Source: an uncultured Clostridia bacterium
GTDB taxonomy: Bacteria; Bacillota; Clostridia; TANB77; CAG-508
Assembly (NCBI GenBank): GCA_944389125.1
Contig: CALXLF010000006.1
Coordinates: 1 to 64,000, forward strand
DNA length: 64,000 nt
Direction of reading: 5' to 3'
The translations under genes were made by a program, and so were the position numbers. Of this stretch, positions 1-8,834 are shown piece by piece. Every line of letters begins with the position of its first letter. Position 1 is the first letter of the stretch. The notes below the pieces were generated by a model. It saw nothing but the letters and a program-made list of their open reading frames with translations, made no database searches and was not told the DNA's origin.

Positions 1-414
1 TATATTTCTGATTACATTGAAAGAAATAAAGATACATATTATGATATGCTAACAAGAGTAAGAACTCATAATGATATAATAGCTTGGATTAAATTTTTCT
101 TAGAAGCAGTTATAGAAACATCAAAAACAGCAAAGGAAAAATTTAGAAATGTAGTTGAACTTACAATGGAAATGGATAAAATTATAGTTAATTTACCAAT
201 AAAATCTGATAATGTAAAGAAAGTAATAGATGTATTATACAATGAGCCTGTAATTAACAGAAAGAAATTATGCAATATAACAAAGATAAAAGAGGGAACA
301 ATAAAAAACATTATTAATTGTTTATTAGAAAATAATATTATTGTAGAAACAACAGGATATAGTAGAAATCAAATTTTTACTTTCCAAAAATATACAGATT
401 TATTTTTAAAATAA
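1..414 (+). CDS. Fic/DOC-family protein, C-terminal fragment (5' partial at window edge)
   Basis: ORF open to position 1; the C-terminal region resembles the winged-helix tail of Fic-family proteins (..NDIIAWIKFFLEAV..); stop at 414. Confidence 0.4.
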   Translation, partial: YISDYIERNKDTYYDMLTRVRTHNDIIAWIKFFLEAVIETSKTAKEKFRNVVELTMEMDKIIVNLPIKSDNVKKVIDVLYNEPVINRKKLCNITKIKEGTIKNIINCLLENNIIVETTGYSRNQIFTFQKYTDLFLK

Positions 415-535
415 AATCCATAGGTCAAAAAAATCATAAAATTTGACCTATAAAAATCCATAGGTCAAAAAAATCAAAATTTTTGACCTATAAATTATTT
501 TAAGCCAAAAAAATCAAAAAATTTGACTTATAAAA
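413..535. repeat. three tandem ~40-bp units, each carrying a 10-bp inverted repeat (ataggtcaaa..tttgacctat); third unit degenerate
   Basis: directly visible: aatccataggtcaaaaaaatcataaaatttgacctataaa x2 plus a degenerate third copy. Confidence 0.8.
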
Positions 536-644
536 TAAAAAACAAATAATATTTATAGAAATTAGAAAATAGATATAATGTGCATCTCATAAATACATAG
601 AAGAAAAGATTTTTGAGCTTCTTATTGCTTTATTAAAAAATTCG

Positions 645-673
645 TTGACGTATAAAAAACAAGATGTTATTAT
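645..673 (+). promoter_or_regulatory. sigma-A-like promoter TTGACG-17-TATTAT upstream of MazG-like gene
   Basis: hexamer match and 17-nt spacing. Confidence 0.35.
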
Positions 674-746
674 TTTATTGTAAAAACAGATAGAAAGAGT
701 GACAAAAACAAAATAAATAAACTAGAAAGGTTTTAATAAATTTTAT

Positions 747-1103
747 ATGGATAATCAATTAGTTTTATGGAATAAATTAAATGAAAATAATACGCTGCAA
801 GAAGTACAGCAATATATAAAAGATGTAATAAAAATAAGAGGTTTTGCAGATCAAGAAATAGAGAAAACAATGTTATTACTTTTAGAAGAAGTTGGAGAAC
901 TTGCAAAATCAATAAGAAAAAATGCTACAGATATGAAAATTGATAAAAATAAATCTAATAACTATGATACAGTTGAAAGCGAAGTAGCAGATGTATTTAT
1001 TGTGTTATGTAGTGTATGCAATAAACTAGATATTGATTTATATAAAGCTTTAAAAGATAAAGAGCAAGAAAATATAAATAGGATTTGGAAAAAAGAAAAA
1101 TAG
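747..1103 (+). CDS. MazG-like nucleotide pyrophosphohydrolase (small single-domain)
   Basis: EEVGELAKSIRK and EVADVFIVL motifs typical of the MazG/YpjD family. Confidence 0.6.
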   Translation: MDNQLVLWNKLNENNTLQEVQQYIKDVIKIRGFADQEIEKTMLLLLEEVGELAKSIRKNATDMKIDKNKSNNYDTVESEVADVFIVLCSVCNKLDIDLYKALKDKEQENINRIWKKEK

Positions 1104-1136
1104 ATGAGAATAAAAAGTTTTTAAGGAGAGTATAAA

Positions 1137-1730
1137 ATGCAGAAAAATTATAAAAGAATAGAACATAATGAATTTTTGCAATATATAGATAAAATATGTG
1201 ATAATTTAAGAAAATATATTAAAGATAATAAAATAAAAATAGATTATATATGCCCTGTTTTAAGAAGTGGTGCAGTACCAGCAACATATATTTCTAATAA
1301 GCTTAATATTGTAAAATTTTTGCCTATGCAAGTTAAACATATAACATACAAAAACGGAGAAAATAAAATTCAGATGATTTTTAATCCTTTTGATTCAATA
1401 CAAATAAATAAAAAAGAACCAGTATTTTTAGTAGTTGAAGCAATGCACAGTACAGGAACAAGCGTAGAGATTTGTATTAATGAAATAAAAAAGAGATACG
1501 AAAATGCTAAAATATTATATGTTTGCTTAACAAAAGAATATGGAAGTAGAGATTTTAAAGATATAACAGAATATGAAGATGTAGCATTTTATTATAATGG
1601 TGATAATAATTTTACTAAAGAAAAATGCAAAGAATTAAATATAGAATATTTTTATCCTTTATTTTTATGGGAAGATTTAAAAACAGAAATAGAACATCCA
1701 GATGATTTAGAAGAAAATATATTTTTTTAA
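1137..1730 (+). CDS. phosphoribosyltransferase-like protein
   Basis: PRTase-like acidic/hydrophobic loop FLVVEAMHSTGTS; RBS ggagag upstream. Confidence 0.35.
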   Translation: MQKNYKRIEHNEFLQYIDKICDNLRKYIKDNKIKIDYICPVLRSGAVPATYISNKLNIVKFLPMQVKHITYKNGENKIQMIFNPFDSIQINKKEPVFLVVEAMHSTGTSVEICINEIKKRYENAKILYVCLTKEYGSRDFKDITEYEDVAFYYNGDNNFTKEKCKELNIEYFYPLFLWEDLKTEIEHPDDLEENIFF

Positions 1731-1985
1731 AAAAGAGTTTATATAAAATTAGCTTATTAAGAAAGTTTTATACTAGAAAAGTATAAAAAATAAAATTAAA
1801 AGATTAAATGAAATTTTAAGTAAAGTACCTTGTAATATGGGTGCTTTATTTTTATTAAAAAATTAATATATTTAATATTAATTTTATTGAATTTATTGAG
1901 GAAAATGTAAATATATGATATAGTATCAAATATGCAAGGCTATTTAAAAAATACAAAATTATAATTAAAAATATTAGAATGATAA

Positions 1986-2789
1986 ATGAGAGGTAAATTA
2001 TTCATGAATATTGATTTTGACTTAATTGAAAATATGAAGGAAAAGATACTAGAAATATATAATAATTCAAAGAACATAAAAGATATAAACATAAAAAACA
2101 AAGAAGGTAATGATATTGTTACCGCTATAGATTTATATATGGAAAAGAATATAATTAAATTTATAAAAGAAAATTTTCCAGAACATTCAATATATTCAGA
2201 AGAATGTGGAGAGGAAAAAAATAAAAGTAAATATGAGTGGTTTATAGATCCAATTGATGGAACAATAAATTTTTCAACAGGAATACCATTATTTTCAACA
2301 TCAATTGCATTAAAAAAGAATGATGAAACAATTTTAGGAATAGTTTTGGATTATAATCAAAATGATATGTATTATGCATTAAAAGGAAAAGGTGCTTTTT
2401 GTAATGGAAAAAAATTACAAGTTTCTAATAATTATAAATTAAGTGATAGTATTATTTCATTTTGTTTAACTTCACATTATAATGATGAACAAATAAAAGA
2501 CGTTTTATATGTTGAAGAAAAATTAGCATCAAAAGTTAGAGGTCTTAGATTGATTGTATCAGGGGCAATAGAACTATGCTGGTGTGCATCAGGAAAAATT
2601 GATGGAGTAATAAATGTAAAGCCAAGTGTTGGTTTAAGTTCAGCGGCTGGAAAGTTATTTGTAACAGAAGCCGGCGGAAAAATAACTAATTTAAAAGGAA
2701 ATAATCGAGATAAAATAGATACCTTACTTGTAACAAACGGAAAGATTCATAATGAAGTAGTAAAAGTATTAAATTGGAGGAAAAAGTAA
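1986..2789 (+). CDS. inositol monophosphatase family protein
   Basis: WFIDPIDGTINFSTGIP motif, consistent with the IMPase/SuhB family; start may be the internal ATG at 2004. Confidence 0.75.
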   Translation: MRGKLFMNIDFDLIENMKEKILEIYNNSKNIKDINIKNKEGNDIVTAIDLYMEKNIIKFIKENFPEHSIYSEECGEEKNKSKYEWFIDPIDGTINFSTGIPLFSTSIALKKNDETILGIVLDYNQNDMYYALKGKGAFCNGKKLQVSNNYKLSDSIISFCLTSHYNDEQIKDVLYVEEKLASKVRGLRLIVSGAIELCWCASGKIDGVINVKPSVGLSSAAGKLFVTEAGGKITNLKGNNRDKIDTLLVTNGKIHNEVVKVLNWRKK

Positions 2790-2790
2790 A

Positions 2791-2869
2791 TTGAAAATTA
2801 TTTTATAATACATGTTTTATTTAGTAATCCATATTCAAATTGGATAGGATGGTTATATGATTTTATAGA
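2791..2869 (+). pseudogene. degenerate remnant of the 5' end (27 codons plus RBS) of the serine-hydrolase gene found at 5291
   Basis: about 90% identical to 5291-5370, with a TTG in place of the ATG and a 1-nt deletion; lies directly after the IMPase stop. Confidence 0.6.
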
Positions 2870-2917
2870 AGTTTAATATAGTAAAGTTTTTATATATAAT
2901 AAAAAGGAAATTTATCT

Positions 2918-3577
2918 ATGAATAAAAAATATATTATAATTACAGTAATTTGTATTGTATTATCAATTGTATCAGGAATTTTAACAAAAGATTTAATTAT
3001 AGGTGGAACAATATTATTAACAGGACTATTATGTGCGTATTTTGCAAGTGAAGGAAAGAGAGTTAATTACATATTAGGTTTAATAAATTATCTTTTAATG
3101 GGATATGTAGCATTTAAAAATAATTTGTATGGAATATTTTTCTTTTATATATTTATTTTTTCTCCATTACAAATAAAAGGATTTTTTACCTGGAAAAAGA
3201 GTTTGAATAAAGAAGGTAATGTTCAAGCAAGGGAATTTACATTAAAAAATTCAATTATTATTACAATATCTTGTATTATAGGAAGTTGTGTATTAGGATA
3301 TATATTAACTTTAATACCAAATCAAAGATTAGCATTTATGGACGCAACATCTAATTGTATTAATTTATGTGGCGTAATACTAATGATATTAAGATTTAAA
3401 GAATCATGGTGGGTTTGGGTGATAAATAATGTAATTGATTTGCTTATTTGGATCATAACAACAATAAATCATGGAGAAGGAGCAACTATGATGTTATTTG
3501 TTTCTATTGGATATTTATTGATAAATATATATGGTCTTATTAGATGGAATTTAGAAGCAAAAAAAGTTAAGGATTAG
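2918..3577 (+). CDS. pnuC: nicotinamide riboside transporter PnuC
   Basis: multi-TM protein with the WWVWVINNVIDLLIW motif of PnuC. Confidence 0.7.
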   Translation: MNKKYIIITVICIVLSIVSGILTKDLIIGGTILLTGLLCAYFASEGKRVNYILGLINYLLMGYVAFKNNLYGIFFFYIFIFSPLQIKGFFTWKKSLNKEGNVQAREFTLKNSIIITISCIIGSCVLGYILTLIPNQRLAFMDATSNCINLCGVILMILRFKESWWVWVINNVIDLLIWIITTINHGEGATMMLFVSIGYLLINIYGLIRWNLEAKKVKD

Positions 3578-3606
3578 TAAATAATTAAAATTATGGAGGT
3601 TTCTGT

Positions 3607-4341
3607 ATGAATAAAAATGTATTAGTAACAGGTGGGACAAGAGGAATAGGAGAGGCTATATCAAGAGAATTTGCTAAAAAAGGTTATGATCTAATTATTA
3701 ACTATGTTAATAGTAATAAAAAGGCGCAAAATTTAAAGCAAGAATTAGAAAAAGAATATAATATAAAAGTATTACCAATTCAAGCTGATATATCAAATGA
3801 AAAAGAAATTAAAGATATGGTGGATACAGCCATAAATGAATTTGGAAAGATTGATGTTTTAGTTAATAATGCAGGAATAGTAATTGATAGAGAATTTGAA
3901 GATAGAACAGTTGAAGATTGGAAAAAAACATTAGATATAAATTTAATAGCCCCATTTGTTTTAACAAAATTAGTTGGTAAAGAAATGATGAAACAAAAAA
4001 GTGGTGCTATAATAAATATTTCAAGTACAAATGGAATAAATACATATTATCCAACAAGTGTAGATTATGATGCATCAAAGTCAGGACTAATTAGTTTAAC
4101 ATATGATTCAGCAGTTCAATTTTCACCTTATGTAAGAGTTAATTGTATTGCACCTGGTTGGATAAATACAGAAATGAATAAAGAACTTCCAGAAGATTTT
4201 GTAAAAGAAGAAACAGAAAAAATCTTAGTAAAAAGATTTGCAGAACCAGAAGAAATTGCAAAAGTTGTAACATTTCTAGCAAGTGAAGATGCAAGCTATG
4301 TGAATTCTACTGTAATAAAGGTAGACGGAGGTTGGTATTAA
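3607..4341 (+). CDS. SDR-family oxidoreductase (3-oxoacyl-ACP reductase-like)
   Basis: TGGTRGIGEA Rossmann motif, NNAG, and the Y..K catalytic pair (YDASK). Confidence 0.8.
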   Translation: MNKNVLVTGGTRGIGEAISREFAKKGYDLIINYVNSNKKAQNLKQELEKEYNIKVLPIQADISNEKEIKDMVDTAINEFGKIDVLVNNAGIVIDREFEDRTVEDWKKTLDINLIAPFVLTKLVGKEMMKQKSGAIINISSTNGINTYYPTSVDYDASKSGLISLTYDSAVQFSPYVRVNCIAPGWINTEMNKELPEDFVKEETEKILVKRFAEPEEIAKVVTFLASEDASYVNSTVIKVDGGWY

Positions 4342-4383
4342 AAGGAATTATTATTTGATTGTAAAATAGAAAGGAGAATTTTT

Positions 4384-4779
4384 ATGGATGTTAAAGAAGC
4401 TATTCCCAAAAGTATAGCAACAGTTATGAAAGATACATACGTTTACGTAAAAACTGATAATTTGGAGAAACCAGATATCCATTTTATGGTATCAAAAGAT
4501 AAAGATGAAATAACTGTAGTAACTAAAAAAGAAAATTTAAAAGAATTAAATGTTTTAGAGGCAGTTGGAGATTATAAATTAATTGAATTTAAACCAGCTG
4601 TACCATTTCAAACAGTGGGATTTTTAGCGAAAATTGCAGAAACAATTGCAAATGAGGGGATGAATATATTAATTGTTTCAACTTTTTCTAAAGACTATAT
4701 TATGATAAAAGAAGAATTATGTGAAAAAGGTATTTTAGCTCTAAAAAATGTTGGTTTTCCAATAGAATATGAAAAATAA
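4384..4779 (+). CDS. ACT-domain-like small protein
   Basis: 131 aa with weak resemblance to the ACT_7 family; good RBS. Confidence 0.3.
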   Translation: MDVKEAIPKSIATVMKDTYVYVKTDNLEKPDIHFMVSKDKDEITVVTKKENLKELNVLEAVGDYKLIEFKPAVPFQTVGFLAKIAETIANEGMNILIVSTFSKDYIMIKEELCEKGILALKNVGFPIEYEK

Positions 4780-4831
4780 TATATTGTAGTTAAAAATTTA
4801 GTTATTTAAATTCAAAAGAGAGGAAATATAA

Positions 4832-5260
4832 ATAATAAAATATACTTTTAGAAATTGTACCTTAGAAGATTTTGATTTTCTATTTAATTTAAAAAAAGAA
4901 AATTTTAAATGGTATGTTGATAAAATTTGGGGTTGGAAAGATGATGATCAAAAAGAAAGATTAAAGCAAGATCTAAAAGAGCATTTACACCATAAAAGAA
5001 TTATCCTAGTTGATAATAAGCCAATAGGTATATATGCAGTACATACAACTCAAGATGGAGATTTATTTATAAATGAAATAAGTATATTAAAAGAGTACCA
5101 AAATAAAGGAATAGGAAAAGAAATTTTAAAAGAACAATTAAAAGAAAATCATGAAAAAGGAATTAGAACAATTTTACAAGTATTTAAAGAAAACCCAGCT
5201 AAAAACTTATATGAACAACTAGGATTTAAAGTATATGGAGAAACAGAAACACATTATCAA
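4832..5260 (+). CDS. GNAT-family N-acetyltransferase domain ORF lacking a canonical start codon, reading in frame into the next gene
   Basis: translation IIKYTFRNCTLEDF...QNKGIGKEIL...NLYEQLGFKVYGE is a typical GNAT; there is no ATG/GTG/TTG in frame after the upstream stop at 4829-4831; ATA codons (4832, 4835) follow an AGGAAA RBS; no stop before the 5291 ATG. Confidence 0.5.
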
Positions 5261-5290
5261 ATGGAAAATATAGAAAAGGAGAAAATAAAA

Positions 5291-5843
5291 ATGGAAAATT
5301 ATTTTATAATACATGGTTCATTTAGTAGTCCATATTCAAATTGGATAGGATGGTTACATGATTTTATAGAGGATGAGGGAAAAAAAGTATATATACCAGA
5401 CTTTCCTATTGGTGTAGGATACCAAAATTATGAAAATTGGAGCAGATTACTTAAATATTATTTAGATTTAGGATTAATAAATGAGAATACAACAATTATA
5501 GGGCATAGCATTGCTCCAGTATTTATATCAAAATTTTTAGTACAGAATAAAGTAAAAGTTAAGAAATTAATATTTGTATGTGGATTTAATAATTATTTAG
5601 GAATAAATGAAGAATATGATACAGTTAACAAATCAATGTATTTTGATAATTTAGAAGATATAAAACAATATGCAAATGAAATAATTTGTTTCTATTCAGA
5701 TAATGATCCATATGTAAAATATGAAGCTGAAAAAGATTTTGCAGATAAAGTTCGGGGCAGAGCATGTTTTTATTCCAAATGCAGGACACATCAATAGTGA
5801 AAGCGGATATGATACATTTGAAGATATTGTGAATTATTTATAA
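5291..5843 (+). CDS. serine hydrolase (YdeN/RBBP9-like alpha/beta hydrolase) requiring a +1 shift at CGG 5753-5755
   Basis: MENYFIIHGSFSSPYSNW..IIGHS; the zero frame ends ..KVRGRACFYSKCRTHQ*, whereas skipping C5753 gives ..KVGAEHVFIPNAGHINSESGYDTFEDIVNYL* with the expected C-terminus. Confidence 0.6.
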
Positions 5844-5918
5844 AAGGTATATTACGAAAAAATTGAAAAGTTTGTAATATAAAAATTGTATTTATGAAAG
5901 CTAAGATTAGGAGAAAAA

Positions 5919-6998
5919 ATGTTAAAAGATTTATGTTTTGAAGTGATACAGACTTGCCCTAATAAGTGTAAGTTTTGCTCTTCTAATTCGTCACAAGATA
6001 AACAAACAATAATTACTTTAGAAAACTTCAAAAATACAGTTATGTATTTTATAAATCATGGTGGAATAGAAGAATTATCAATTTCTGGTGGTGAACCATT
6101 TTTACATCCAGATTTATTTGAGATGATAAAATTTTGTAAAAGTAATGGGATTAGAACAGTTGTATTTACTAGTGGAATAAAAAGAGCATCTGAAATGCCG
6201 ATAGAGATGAAAGAATATATAAAAAATAAATGTAATCAAGATTTACAAGAAATAGAAGAACATGAACCATGGAACGAAAGATTAAAAAGAAATGTAAAAG
6301 CATATTATGATAGAGCTTTAAATCCCAAACTATTTCAAGGAATAACAAGACAAGAGTTCGAAAAATTAAAAGAATTAGGATTAGATAAGATTGTATTTGA
6401 TTGGCAAGCATTTGAAGAAATAACTGATGATGAATTAATGGGAAGAAAAGGATTAATTACATGTTTGATGGATTCAATAATAAGAGCTAGTAGAACTGGG
6501 CTAAATGTTGATGTACACTTTATTCCAATGAAGCCAAATTACAAACAATTACCTGATATTATGGAATGTTTAGAAATTTCAGGAATAAAAAATATTAGTA
6601 TTCTAAATTTTGTTCCGCAAGGTAGAGGAAGAGAAAATAGAGAAACATTAATGTTAAATGATGAAGAGTTAAGAGAATTTTCTACCATATTAAATAATGC
6701 AAGAAAACAATTTTCAGGAAAAGTTAGAATTGGAATTCCACTAAATGGAAGAATATCTCATCTATGTACAGCAGGTACTGAAAAATTGGATATTAAATAC
6801 GATGGAACAATATTACCTTGTCCTGCATTTAAAGAGATAAGTGCAGAAACAATGGAAAAATATGGGATAAGATTTCATAGTATTTATGAAGATTTAGAAA
6901 AAGTTGTAGTACCAGGAGGAAAAAGAGAAAAACCACTATGTAAACAAGTTTATGGATTTCATGGTGATTTGACAGATAATGATGAAATGATTAGATAA
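5919..6998 (+). CDS. radical SAM protein with C-terminal Cys-rich (SPASM/twitch-like) region
   Basis: CPNKCKFC (CxxxCxxC) near the N-terminus; C-terminal cysteines CTAGT..CPAF..C. Confidence 0.7.
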   Translation: MLKDLCFEVIQTCPNKCKFCSSNSSQDKQTIITLENFKNTVMYFINHGGIEELSISGGEPFLHPDLFEMIKFCKSNGIRTVVFTSGIKRASEMPIEMKEYIKNKCNQDLQEIEEHEPWNERLKRNVKAYYDRALNPKLFQGITRQEFEKLKELGLDKIVFDWQAFEEITDDELMGRKGLITCLMDSIIRASRTGLNVDVHFIPMKPNYKQLPDIMECLEISGIKNISILNFVPQGRGRENRETLMLNDEELREFSTILNNARKQFSGKVRIGIPLNGRISHLCTAGTEKLDIKYDGTILPCPAFKEISAETMEKYGIRFHSIYEDLEKVVVPGGKREKPLCKQVYGFHGDLTDNDEMIR

Positions 6999-7034
6999 GA
7001 GAAAATGTATAATTATATAAAGAGGTAAAATGTT

Positions 7035-7574
7035 ATGGGCAAAGTTATAAAAATAAGAGAGGTTGGAGATCCAATTCTTACAAAACAATGTGACGAAGTT
7101 GACATAAAAAATATTAATGAAGATATTATAGACATTATAGAGGATTTAAAATCAACATTAGAGTTTGGAACTGGATTAGGAATTGCTGCTCCACAAATAA
7201 ATGTAGATAAAAGAATTATTGTAGTAGGAGCAAAAAAAGAAAATATAAAATATAATGATGCAGAAGAAATACCAATAACTGCAATGATAAATCCAACATG
7301 GAAGAAATTATCAGAAGATACAGATGTACAATATGAAGGATGTATGAGTGTTCCTAGTATAAGAGGAAAAGTAGAAAGATATAAGAATATAGAATTAATA
7401 TATTACAATGAAAAAGGAGAGAAAATAACAAAACAGTTAAATGGATTTTTTGCAAAGTTAGTTCAACATGAATGTGATCATTTAAATGGAATAGTGTTTT
7501 TAGAAAAAGTAAATGGACCTAATGGATTTGCAACTAAAGAAAATATTTATAAATATAATTTAAGGAAAATATAA
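7035..7574 (+). CDS. def: peptide deformylase
   Basis: GLGIAAPQ, EGCMSVP and HECDHLNG motifs. Confidence 0.85.
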   Translation: MGKVIKIREVGDPILTKQCDEVDIKNINEDIIDIIEDLKSTLEFGTGLGIAAPQINVDKRIIVVGAKKENIKYNDAEEIPITAMINPTWKKLSEDTDVQYEGCMSVPSIRGKVERYKNIELIYYNEKGEKITKQLNGFFAKLVQHECDHLNGIVFLEKVNGPNGFATKENIYKYNLRKI

Positions 7575-7612
7575 ACCTTATAGTATAGACAGAAAGTAAG
7601 AGGTGTAAAAGT

Positions 7613-8194
7613 ATGAAGATAGGAATAGATTTAGATGGAGTTGTAATAGATAGTGAAACTACATTTAGAACTTATGAAGAAATATTTGATATAGATACTT
7701 TAAAAGGAAACAATTTAATAAATAAAGAAGAACCAAAATTTCAAGCTAGATATAATTGGACAAAGAATCAAGAAAAAGAATTTATTGAGAAATATTTTTT
7801 AAGAGTTTCAAGAGAAAGTAATTTAATGTCTGGATTTATAGGTGTATATGATTTATTGAAAAAGCAAGGACACTATTTTGTGGTTATTACTGCAAGGGGA
7901 GGATTTATAAAGGAGATGAAAGATGATGCAATAAGATTGCTAGAAGAAAATAATATTAAATTTGATAAATATTATTGGAATGTTGATGATAAATTAGAAA
8001 TCTGCCAAAAAGAAAAAGTAGATATTATGATTGATGATGATTGGAGAATAGTAAAGAAATTAGCAGATAATAAAATAAAAACACTATATTTTAGAGATAC
8101 CAATTTAGTTAAATTAGATGAAAATGATTATATAAAAGAAGTAAATAACTGGGGAGAAATTTATAGAAATTTAAAAGAATTAAATAATTGTTAA
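7613..8194 (+). CDS. HAD-superfamily hydrolase, 5'(3')-deoxyribonucleotidase (NT5C)-like
   Basis: IGIDLDGV N-terminal HAD motif I and ITAR motif. Confidence 0.4.
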   Translation: MKIGIDLDGVVIDSETTFRTYEEIFDIDTLKGNNLINKEEPKFQARYNWTKNQEKEFIEKYFLRVSRESNLMSGFIGVYDLLKKQGHYFVVITARGGFIKEMKDDAIRLLEENNIKFDKYYWNVDDKLEICQKEKVDIMIDDDWRIVKKLADNKIKTLYFRDTNLVKLDENDYIKEVNNWGEIYRNLKELNNC

Positions 8195-8204
8195 GGAGAA
8201 AAAA

Positions 8205-8663
8205 ATGATACTTTCAACATTATGTTATATTGAAAAAGATGGTAAATATTTAATGTTACATAGAACAAAAAAGAAAAATGATATTAATAAAGATAAATGG
8301 CTAGGAATAGGTGGAAAATTTGAAGAAGGTGAAAGCCCAGAAGAATGCCTTGAAAGAGAAGTAAAAGAAGAGACAGGCTTGACTTTAAATTCATATAAAT
8401 TAAGAACTATTGTAACTTATGTATCAACAAATTGGGAAACAGAGTATATGTATGTATTTACTTCAAATGATTTTACGGGAGAGTTAATAGAATGTAATGA
8501 AGGAGATTTGCAATGGATTGATAAAAAAGAAGTTACAAGCTTAAATACTTGGGAAGGTGACAAAATTTTTATTGACAAATTGCAAAATGATAATAGATTT
8601 TTTACAGTAAAATTTGAATATGATGGAGACAAATTAGTTAAATATAACTTAAGAGAATATTAG
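8205..8663 (+). CDS. NUDIX hydrolase (MutT-like)
   Basis: Nudix box GIGGKFEEGESPEECLEREVKEETGL. Confidence 0.8.
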   Translation: MILSTLCYIEKDGKYLMLHRTKKKNDINKDKWLGIGGKFEEGESPEECLEREVKEETGLTLNSYKLRTIVTYVSTNWETEYMYVFTSNDFTGELIECNEGDLQWIDKKEVTSLNTWEGDKIFIDKLQNDNRFFTVKFEYDGDKLVKYNLREY

Positions 8664-8834
8664 TAAATAATTTTGTAAGAGTAATTAAAATCAAATATAA
8701 AATGAATAAGATGATGAAAATTTTAAACAGATTGTTACTTTTTTAATATATATTGTAATTTTTAGTAAACTTATTGAGCAAAAAATAAATCTATGATATA
8801 GTGTAGGCATACAATAAAAGGAGGAAAAAATTAA

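Noticed and set aside
66-311. Minus-strand ORF 66-311
   Set aside because: It is antisense within the Fic-like C-terminal coding region and has a low-complexity Ile/Phe-rich translation.
413-535. Possible CRISPR array at the palindromic tandem repeats
   Set aside because: There are only three units, the unit spacing is 1-4 nt rather than spacer-length, the repeats are AT-rich palindromes of ~40 bp, and no cas genes are nearby.
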